A model generated the notes under the pieces. It saw only the letters and a list, made by a program, of their open reading frames with translations. It made no database searches and was not told where the DNA came from. A DNA stretch of 32,000 nucleotides from Sphingomonas phage vB_StuS_MMDA13, in the sequence record MN820898.1; one strand, given 5' to 3'. A program made the translations under genes and the position numbers. Each line of letters begins with the position of its first letter. Positions within the stretch are counted from its first letter, which is position 1. This document shows, piece after piece, positions 9,898 through 16,626 of the stretch.

Positions 9898-10097
9898 TCA
9901 TGCGCTCCATACTTTTCGACCAGCTTCTTAATGACAGGAGACTTCCATGTCTTGCCGTAGCGGTCGATAACGATTGCGATTTGCATTCTACGGTGCAAGT
10001 GGCTGTGTCGCAAGCTCGTTTTGCAGACGTAGAGCATCGTATTCAGGGTGATGCTTCGCTTGAGCGAATGCGGGCGCGGATACGACTTGGGACTCAT
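9891..10097 (-). CDS. Small hypothetical protein (68 aa)
   Basis: Fills the gap exactly, with ATGA overlap at its start and a 7-bp overlap at its end. Confidence 0.45.
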   Translation of the reverse strand: MSPKSYPRPHSLKRSITLNTMLYVCKTSLRHSHLHRRMQIAIVIDRYGKTWKSPVIKKLVEKYGAHEC

Positions 10098-11071
10098 GAG
10101 AACAGGTCCGCCACGCTTTCACGGAACACCTTGTTTCCGTTTGCGTTCATTAGGGTATTGATGACACCGAACGCCCACAGGTTGAAGGCGGCGCGGGACT
10201 CGTAGATCTGAGACAGGCGCTCGTAGGTGAACCCGTTCTGCTCCAAGAAGCGGAACACATAATCGATCTCGGGTTGCGACAGCGTCGTGGCGTGCATCCC
10301 AGCGTCGTGACGCGATGGGGACTTCTCAGACACGCTCATGGGCCAGGCGGGGTTAGACTTGCTGACCCCCGGCATAACAACCGACCCGAACGCTGCGGAC
10401 TGAATCCAGGACGACGAGTCGCAGCTATACCACGGATAACGCTCCATCAGCGGGACGCTGGTGATACCGAACCCATGCACCTTCAGGCGCGGGTTGCCAG
10501 ACCCGTCCGTGAGGTATTTGCCCCACATCCGGTCGAGCCACATCTTCAGTTGCTCCGTGCTGGAGCCCACCATGCCGCCCAACGTGATGTAGTCGTAATT
10601 TTTGACGTAGTGCTCGAGGTAGCGCTCGTCCTCACCGGCGTGAAAGCATGGCAGCGGACGGATGTTGAGCCCATGCTCTTCCTTGAAGCGCGCTTCCATC
10701 TCAAGCTGATTGCGCCATGTGGCAAGGGGGTCGCCGATGCCGTCCAGCACCGATGCCATCACGTTGCCGTCTTCCACGCGCAGGATATCAAGGTTGCGGG
10801 CGATGTAGGCACAATACTCCCGCACCGACAACTGGATGTTGAGCGTGTATGCGGAGAACGCTCCGGAGTCAAGGAAGACGCCCGGGAAGCTGTAGTCCTT
10901 CTGGCAGCGCCGCATGTGGTCAACATACGATTGCTTGCCGACGTAGTGCCACGATTCGAGGATGTGCGGGAGACTGTTGACAATCTCCCGCTCCCGGTCG
11001 TTCAATTTAACGTAGCGGTTCATTCCCTCCATGTAGGAGTTAGTATAGACCGCGGCCATGTAGATGTGCAT
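10094..11071 (-). CDS. dpdA: TGT-fold DNA-guanine transglycosylase-like protein (phage DpdA family)
   Basis: TGT-like motifs FLDSGAFSAY, SVLDGIGDP, YITLGGMVG, KVHGFGITS, PWYSCDSSSWI; directly downstream of folE/queD. Confidence 0.65.
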   Translation of the reverse strand: MHIYMAAVYTNSYMEGMNRYVKLNDREREIVNSLPHILESWHYVGKQSYVDHMRRCQKDYSFPGVFLDSGAFSAYTLNIQLSVREYCAYIARNLDILRVEDGNVMASVLDGIGDPLATWRNQLEMEARFKEEHGLNIRPLPCFHAGEDERYLEHYVKNYDYITLGGMVGSSTEQLKMWLDRMWGKYLTDGSGNPRLKVHGFGITSVPLMERYPWYSCDSSSWIQSAAFGSVVMPGVSKSNPAWPMSVSEKSPSRHDAGMHATTLSQPEIDYVFRFLEQNGFTYERLSQIYESRAAFNLWAFGVINTLMNANGNKVFRESVADLFS

Positions 11072-11089
11072 CCGGGCACCTTAGCAAAG

Positions 11090-11977
11090 TTAACGCGCGA
11101 GCGCAAGGAACTCCGCACGGACCGACGAGTCTTCCTTGAAGTTCCCGCGCAGCGCCGACGTGATGGTGTGATGCCCCTGCTGGCACACCCCGCGTGACTC
11201 CATGCAGAGATGGCGCGCCTTGATGACCACACCGCATCCCAGCGGCGACAGGTGTTCCATGATCGCGTCCGCCACCTGACAGGTGAGCCGCTCCTGCACT
11301 TGCAGGCGCCGTGCGAACGCATCCAGGACGCGGGACAGCTTGGACAGCCCGACCACCTTGCCATTCGGAAGATAAGCGATGGTGGCGGTGCCGAAGAACG
11401 GCGCCATGTGATGCTCGCAGTTCGTGTAGAAGGGGATGTCCTTCACGACGACCATCTCGTCCGCACCTTCCGCACCGTCCTCGAACGTCTTGAACAGCGC
11501 ACCGATGTCGGCTTCGTATCCGCTGCACCAGAACTTCCAGGCCTTGGCAACGCGCTTGGGCGTCTCCGCAAGCCCGCCCCGCTCGGGGTCGTCACCCACG
11601 AACTGGAGCAGCCGGCGGATGTTGTCTTCGATACCACCGACCGAATCCCCTTCCCACGGCCACACGACCCAATCGGTGCCGTGCTCCCAGCTACGCTTGT
11701 CGACCAGCGCTTCGACGTAGTGGTCGCCGAACTGCTCGATCGTCTTGCCGGTGTCGATCAGGTCGTCGACAATGACGTCCGCCTTGGTCCAGTCCTCTTC
11801 CACCTTGAAGACTTCTGCACTGTCAAGCGCGAACAGCGCCAGCCGTGCAGGGATACCGCCGCGCGGCACCGCGTAGACCTTGATTGTATCGTAACCCTTG
11901 AGCCGGGTCAGGATGCGGTTCTGCATGTCCCCGGCAAGGTCCAGGACGCCAAGCGTATCGTAAGTCTGCGTTCCCAT
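11090..11977 (-). CDS. folE: Fusion: N-terminal phosphoribosyltransferase (XGPRT-like) + C-terminal GTP cyclohydrolase I
   Basis: N-terminus VYAVPRGGIPAR, PRPP loop VIVDDLIDTGKT, WVVWPWE; C-terminus FolE motifs RVAKAW, CEHHMAPFFG, GLSKLSRVLDAFARRLQVQERLT, HLCMESRGV. Confidence 0.85.
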   Translation of the reverse strand: MGTQTYDTLGVLDLAGDMQNRILTRLKGYDTIKVYAVPRGGIPARLALFALDSAEVFKVEEDWTKADVIVDDLIDTGKTIEQFGDHYVEALVDKRSWEHGTDWVVWPWEGDSVGGIEDNIRRLLQFVGDDPERGGLAETPKRVAKAWKFWCSGYEADIGALFKTFEDGAEGADEMVVVKDIPFYTNCEHHMAPFFGTATIAYLPNGKVVGLSKLSRVLDAFARRLQVQERLTCQVADAIMEHLSPLGCGVVIKARHLCMESRGVCQQGHHTITSALRGNFKEDSSVRAEFLALAR

Positions 11978-12444
11978 TATTTGATGTCCTTCGAGTAGAT
12001 TGCGCTGTTGGCTCCGTGCTCGCGCACTTCGACCGAAGCAAGGTGGAGACCGCGGATATCGCAGTCGAGGGGGTGGGCATCGCAGAGCCAGTCGTCGATG
12101 TAGTCGAACGCGAACTTGGCAAAGCCCTCACAGCCGACGAACGGGATCACCAGCGGTGGCGCGAAGCCATACTTCGCATAGAGCAAGGTGAAGTCGCCCA
12201 GCGCGGGGTCGTCCGCTGCCATCACCGTGCGGTGATCGAAGTTCTCGACGAGCCATGCTTTGATGGGTTTGAGTCCGCCGAAGTCGATCACCCAATTGTC
12301 CGAGTTGAGCGTCTCCGCACCGAACGTCAGCTTGAACGACAGGGGGTAGCCATGCGGGTCGTGGCAGTGGCTCTTCGCGCGATGCTGACGGAAGCAGGCG
12401 CTGAGGCCGAGGTTGTGGTCATAGGTTTTCGTGACGTAGAACAT
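11977..12444 (-). CDS. queD: 6-carboxy-tetrahydropterin synthase-like protein
   Basis: T-fold: HRAKSHCHDPHGYPLSF (CxxxHGY variant of CxxxHGH), VIDFGGLK, NFDHRTV, VEVREHGANSAIY; 1-bp overlap with the folE fusion. Confidence 0.75.
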   Translation of the reverse strand: MFYVTKTYDHNLGLSACFRQHRAKSHCHDPHGYPLSFKLTFGAETLNSDNWVIDFGGLKPIKAWLVENFDHRTVMAADDPALGDFTLLYAKYGFAPPLVIPFVGCEGFAKFAFDYIDDWLCDAHPLDCDIRGLHLASVEVREHGANSAIYSKDIK

Positions 12445-12446
12445 GC

Positions 12447-12743
12447 TCAGTCCTCGAAGAGGGTGACCTCGTGTCGGCCGAACGCAAGCGTCACCTTCAC
12501 GGATGCACAGTTGGGGAATTCGCGGAACAGGTCCATGGCGATGTCTTCCATGAACTTCTTCTTGAATTGGGCGACCTTGCGGATCCGCTTGCGGATACCG
12601 TAAAGCTCATGGACGGGACACTGGTCGTCCAGAGTGTTGTCCGTGAACGCCACCTCGACATAGATCAGGTCGGGGAGATGGTTCACCGGACAGAAGGTGA
12701 TGATAGGCAGCCAGTGCCTTACGCAAACGTCACGAACAGCCAT
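12447..12743 (-). CDS. Divergent QueF/QueF-L-like T-fold protein (ORF may start at 12806 or 12755)
   Basis: ITFCPVNHLPDLIYVEVAF aligns with QueF FTSxCPxTxQPDFxxxxIxY; then ..FKKKFMEDIAMDLFREF..ASVKVTLAFGRH. ESKSLK-type motif absent. GGAG-N6-ATG RBS supports the 12743 start. Confidence 0.45.
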   Translation of the reverse strand: MAVRDVCVRHWLPIITFCPVNHLPDLIYVEVAFTDNTLDDQCPVHELYGIRKRIRKVAQFKKKFMEDIAMDLFREFPNCASVKVTLAFGRHEVTLFED

Positions 12744-13132
12744 GCGAAGCTCCATGCTAGAGTTAGACCGAGCCCCTGCCACCAGGAGCGATTGAACCAT
12801 TCCCATTCAGTTCCGTAGCTATACACGCGGTGGCTGAACGGGTAAAGGAGTTGTGGGCCCCAGCGCTTGCCGTGCGTGGGCAGATCCAAAAGGATGTGCG
12901 ACAGCAGCGCCAGCGGGGCGGCTACAGTGGCGAAGGCCAGCCACCCTAGCAACCCTGCCCCCGCAACGAATGCCGCGCTGTGCGTGGCGCTGTAGCGCGC
13001 TGGGGGCAGCGTCAGCCGCTTAGGGGTGAGCAGCACCAGATCGGGCAGCACCCCAAAGACAGCTCCAACGATTGGATGGCCGAATGCAGCGCCAACCGCT
13101 GCACCCGCCACCGCATGGCTGACGATATCCAT
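12719..13132 (-). CDS. YdjM/DUF457-like membrane-bound metal-dependent hydrolase-like protein
   Basis: HAVAGAAVGAAFGHPIVGAVFGVLPDLVLL, SHILLDLPTHGKRWGPQLLYPFSHRVYSYG; hydrophobic helices. Confidence 0.6.
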   Translation of the reverse strand: MDIVSHAVAGAAVGAAFGHPIVGAVFGVLPDLVLLTPKRLTLPPARYSATHSAAFVAGAGLLGWLAFATVAAPLALLSHILLDLPTHGKRWGPQLLYPFSHRVYSYGTEWEWFNRSWWQGLGLTLAWSFAWLFVTFA

Positions 13133-13920
13133 CAGCGCCGGTATCCGTTCTCCAGCACCTTGGCCGCGCTGTAGTTCGGCGTATCCGGCAAGGGCATCAG
13201 TCCCTCGTCGTATGCGCGGATCACCAGCGGGTCAGGAAAGCCGGCGTCGAGGAAGCCCTGCGCCCGCAGCACGTTCGAGTGATTGTTGTCGGTCGGCGGA
13301 TACTTGCCATCGTAGCTCGTGTGGCTATAGGCAAGCGCTTCCCAGCAACCCGGAAGCTCACGCGCCAGGCGCACCGTGTCCGCCTTGGTGAGATCCATCA
13401 GTGGTGCAACGATGACAGGCCCAACCGCTTCACCACGATGGTCGGCGCCCAGCGCGAACTCGATCATCTCGTTCATGCTGTCGATGAACACCTCGCGGCA
13501 GTCATCATAGTTGGCGTTGTCCATCTGGCAGACGCCCGTGACGATCGCTTCGCAGCCCAGCACCTCCGCACGGTTGGCAGCGATGGTGAGGAACAGCGCG
13601 TTGCGCATTGGAACGAACGTCAGTTCGCGCCGGTCGCCGATCACTTCTTCCATCTGCTCGTGGGACTCGTATTTCTCGAGCTCCTCGTTCGGATTGGTGA
13701 GCGGGGACTTGCCCGCGAGCACGGGTCCGAGCGAGACGACTTCGTGCGATGCAACGCCCGCCATGACAGCGACCTTGATCGCAGCATCGATCTCGATGCG
13801 GTGGCGCTGGTTATAGTCGAAGGTGATCGCATGGACCTCCTCGAACTCACGCAGGGCCCAGAACAGACAGGTAACGGAATCCTGTCCGCCGGACAGGACA
13901 ACAAGAGCTTTTCCCATCAT
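13132..13920 (-). CDS. queC: 7-cyano-7-deazaguanine synthase-like, lacking the C-terminal Cys4 site
   Basis: KALVVLSGGQDSVTCLFWAL, ITFDYNQRH, FVPMRNALFLTIAANRAE, APLMDLTKADTVRLA; C-terminus TSYDGKYPPTDNNHSNVLRAQGF. Confidence 0.88.
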   Translation of the reverse strand: MMGKALVVLSGGQDSVTCLFWALREFEEVHAITFDYNQRHRIEIDAAIKVAVMAGVASHEVVSLGPVLAGKSPLTNPNEELEKYESHEQMEEVIGDRRELTFVPMRNALFLTIAANRAEVLGCEAIVTGVCQMDNANYDDCREVFIDSMNEMIEFALGADHRGEAVGPVIVAPLMDLTKADTVRLARELPGCWEALAYSHTSYDGKYPPTDNNHSNVLRAQGFLDAGFPDPLVIRAYDEGLMPLPDTPNYSAAKVLENGYRR

Positions 13921-14630
13921 TCGACTCCGATATATTTGTGAACCTGGAGTTGGAGGATATAGCCATGCTCCAGGCTCAGCATGACTGCGACATCCGTGTG
14001 GAGCTTGTTCTCCTCGGGATCTTTACTGTCCAGCGGTTGGATGTAAATCTGACCGTCGAACAGGCCGGGCGTGGGGCGCGCCGGGGCGTTGGGCATATCG
14101 AGCGCGCTGCTCGGCAGTCCATCCTTTCCAACCTTATCCCATGCGACGACATACTTCAACGCGCACGCTGCCGCTTCCGCGAGTGTGTTGATCTTGCCTG
14201 TCTTGGGGCTGATCACGATGTAAGCTCCGCGCCGCTGCGACGTGTCCTTGTTCCAGGGAAACACTGGCGGATTCATCGTGCCGTTGGATTCGATTTGGAC
14301 ATAGTGCCCGCGGGCCACCAGCTTGTCGACCAGCTCTCCAATATGCTGCCTGAACGGTTCGCCGCCGGTGATGACCACAAGCATCGGGAACAGCTTCCCT
14401 TGCAAGTCGGTCACTGCCATGCAGATTTCTGCTGGCGTCATGGATTGCCGTTTGGAGGTGTAGTCCGTGTCGCACGCGGGGCATTGCAGATTGCAGCCAG
14501 CGAGACGGACAAAGACGCAAGGGGTGCCACAGAACGGGCCCTCGCCCTGGATCGTCTTGAAGATGCTGTGGACTTGAAGCGTTCCTTCGTAGGAGGGTTC
14601 ACGCTTCTCGATGGGTTGTTTGTTGATCAT
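13917..14630 (-). CDS. queE: 7-carboxy-7-deazaguanine synthase (radical SAM)
   Basis: FKTIQGEGPFCGTPCVFVRLAGCNLQCPACDTDY with CxxxCxxC; TGGEP motif. Confidence 0.9.
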   Translation of the reverse strand: MINKQPIEKREPSYEGTLQVHSIFKTIQGEGPFCGTPCVFVRLAGCNLQCPACDTDYTSKRQSMTPAEICMAVTDLQGKLFPMLVVITGGEPFRQHIGELVDKLVARGHYVQIESNGTMNPPVFPWNKDTSQRRGAYIVISPKTGKINTLAEAAACALKYVVAWDKVGKDGLPSSALDMPNAPARPTPGLFDGQIYIQPLDSKDPEENKLHTDVAVMLSLEHGYILQLQVHKYIGVE

Positions 14631-14684
14631 TTGACCTCCGGAGGTAGCAGGGCGAGCCTAGCAGGTTTCGGGGTAGAAGGTAAA

Positions 14685-14716
14685 GCCCCCGCACACCTTA
14701 TCAGATGCGCGGGGGC
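14685..14716 (-). terminator. Rho-independent-like terminator/attenuator upstream of queE
   Basis: On the - strand GCCCCCGC-(16 nt)-GCGGGGGC followed by TTTACC, between the 190-aa ORF and queE. Confidence 0.5.
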
Positions 14717-14738
14717 GGAGCCGCTTGCGCGGTAGGGG

Positions 14739-15299
14739 TTAGCCCTGGGCCGGCGGAGCCGGAGGGGCTTCAGGCGCGGCGGGCGGGGTCTCGGGCTTCG
14801 CCGGCTTGCGCGGATCTTCCACGCGGCCGGTGACACCGAAGAACTTGCGCCAGCGGGCGTATTCGGCGCGGACGTTCGCTTCGTTGAGACCCTGGGCCTT
14901 CCGCACCTCCATGGACTCGCCGATCGACGCGGGGGAACCGTTCTTGGCGCTGATCTCGTCGAAGATCGCCCAGGCCTTGCCGCAGAGACCGTCCGGCTTC
15001 GGACGACGGATGCCGTTCTGCTCGGGCATCTTGGCAGCTTCGCGCGCCGCGATCGCATCGGCCTTGGCCTTTTCCTTGGCTTCCGCCTTGGCCTTCTTCT
15101 CGGCCTCCTTGCGCTCGGCAGCGGCCTTCTTCTCCGCTTCCTTGGCTTCCTTGGCGGCAGCCTTCTCCGCGTCCTTGCGGGCCTTTTCCTCGGCCTTCGC
15201 CTTGTCGCGGGCGGCCTTCTCGTCCGCCTTCTTCTGAGCGGCAGCCTGCTTTGCAGCCTCCGCTTCCGCGGCCTGCGCCGCCGTCTGTTCGTCGCTCAT
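14739..15299 (-). CDS. Ala/Lys/Glu-rich protein (TolA/H1-like low complexity) with conserved C-terminal 'PEQNG..RP' domain
   Basis: RBS GGAG-attaaa-ATG at 15299; C-terminal MPEQNGIRRPKPDGLCGKAWAIFDEISAKNG...EYARWRKFFGV. Confidence 0.6.
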   Translation of the reverse strand: MSDEQTAAQAAEAEAAKQAAAQKKADEKAARDKAKAEEKARKDAEKAAAKEAKEAEKKAAAERKEAEKKAKAEAKEKAKADAIAAREAAKMPEQNGIRRPKPDGLCGKAWAIFDEISAKNGSPASIGESMEVRKAQGLNEANVRAEYARWRKFFGVTGRVEDPRKPAKPETPPAAPEAPPAPPAQG

Positions 15300-15375
15300 T
15301 TTAATCTCCATCTAAGGACGTCCGTTGTGGACAAACTACGCTTAGCAAGTGCCTAGGGGAAGCGCAACCCCTATT

Positions 15376-16097
15376 TTAGCCCAAACGATCTTTCATCCAG
15401 TTACCGAGTTCGTTGCTTGAGCTGGTCCTCTTCACTCCGTGCTTTTCTTCGAGCACGTCATACATCTTCTTTCGCAGTTCGAGCACGACCGCCTTGTCGG
15501 TGGGCTTGCCAGCCTCGGCCCACATGGTGTCAGCGATCGCCCAAATGGTTGGCCGCACGCTAGAAGCACGCTGTTTCGGTGCGCGGGGCGGCTGTGGGGC
15601 TGACTCTACAGGGGTGCGGGGTTTGGGGGCACTGCGCACCGCGCGGCGCTGTGGGGCCTGCTGCGCGGCCTTGTGCTTGTCAACCGCATCCAGAGGTTTG
15701 CAGTGCAGCGGGAAGAGTTCAATGTGCTTCGCGGGCACCTTGGCGCCCAGCGCATACTTCCACGGGATGCCATTGTAGAGGTCGTCCTCAACCGCTGCGA
15801 TTTGTGCTTCAACCTCAGCAGCCAGCGCCAGCGTCGGAGGCATGTGGTCATAGACCAGCATCGCCAGCATCTCGCGCAGCACAAGATCATCGGATCCCGT
15901 TACATCCTCCCCGGTCGTGTTGCGGTAGAGCATCCGAATCTCGAGCGGCGTCATACCGAGCAGGAAATGCTCCGAGTTGACGTTCTCGTTGCGAATGCTG
16001 TGATGGGGCGCCTCCAAGAACGATAGACCGCCCAGCACCATCTGATCGTGATGCTTGTGCAAGAACTGGAGGGTGTCCATGTCTATGGAGACGAACA
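15376..16097 (-). CDS. Hypothetical phage protein
   Basis: ORF open to 16251, but GGAGGGGTAAG-ATG RBS gives start at 16097 (MFVSIDMDTLQFL..), overlapping the stop region of the upstream ORF. Confidence 0.6.
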
Positions 16098-16099
16098 TC

Positions 16100-16450
16100 T
16101 TACCCCTCCACCTTGAGCCAGCGACCGTCGTCCTGGAGCACATACTTCTGCCCGAGCCCGGTGCCCAGCTTGCCACCGAACTGCTCGAAGGTCTCCTGGC
16201 ACCAATTGCCCCAGCCGATACCCGGCAGGTTGGCGTCATACATGACCTCACCGAACGGCTTGTTCCGAAGCTGGCAACCCGTTTCGGGGAGCGGGCTCAA
16301 CCAATAGACCTTCTGCGACATTTCCAGTTCCTCGATTTCCTGCTCCATGCGAGCAACGTGTGCGGGGTCAGCTTCCGGAGAAGCGCGGTAGCCCTTGAGC
16401 CGCATACGCAGCGACCGGAGCTTCATCTCGTTTACGCGATCAGCGTCCAT
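16100..16450 (-). CDS. Hypothetical protein (116 aa)
   Basis: Overlapping coupled gene in the operon; N-terminal coiled coil. Confidence 0.55.
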   Translation of the reverse strand: MDADRVNEMKLRSLRMRLKGYRASPEADPAHVARMEQEIEELEMSQKVYWLSPLPETGCQLRNKPFGEVMYDANLPGIGWGNWCQETFEQFGGKLGTGLGQKYVLQDDGRWLKVEG

Positions 16451-16568
16451 AGCTGAGCACCTCCTCGAAGGGCTTCGGGTGGACGTTCTTGTGGCCCAGC
16501 ATGTTCTTCAGATCGCGGACCCGCTGCATGTAGATGCGTTCCTGAGCTGCCTGAGTGTAACGTGCCAT
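16440..16568 (-). CDS. Small protein MARYTQAAQERIYMQRVRDLKNMLGHKNVHPKPFEEVLSYGR
   Basis: AAGGAGACGCACA-ATG RBS; the longer 172-aa ORF in this frame runs into the helicase gene and is rejected. Confidence 0.5.
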   Translation of the reverse strand: MARYTQAAQERIYMQRVRDLKNMLGHKNVHPKPFEEVLSYGR

Positions 16569-16626
16569 TGTGCGTCTCCTTGTTGCACCCCTTTTAACAG
16601 AGTTCAACAGGAACGCAAATACTTTT

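Noticed and set aside
11210-11998. 262-aa + strand ORF
   Set aside because: Antisense to the PRTase-FolE fusion, which has unambiguous motifs.
11977-14630. Interpreting the que genes as a tRNA queuosine pathway for host benefit
   Set aside because: The DpdA-like gene lies directly in the same operon and no queA/queG or canonical tgt is present, so DNA modification is the more economical reading, though not proven here.
13938-14735. 265-aa + strand ORF
   Set aside because: Antisense to queE; no domain recognised.
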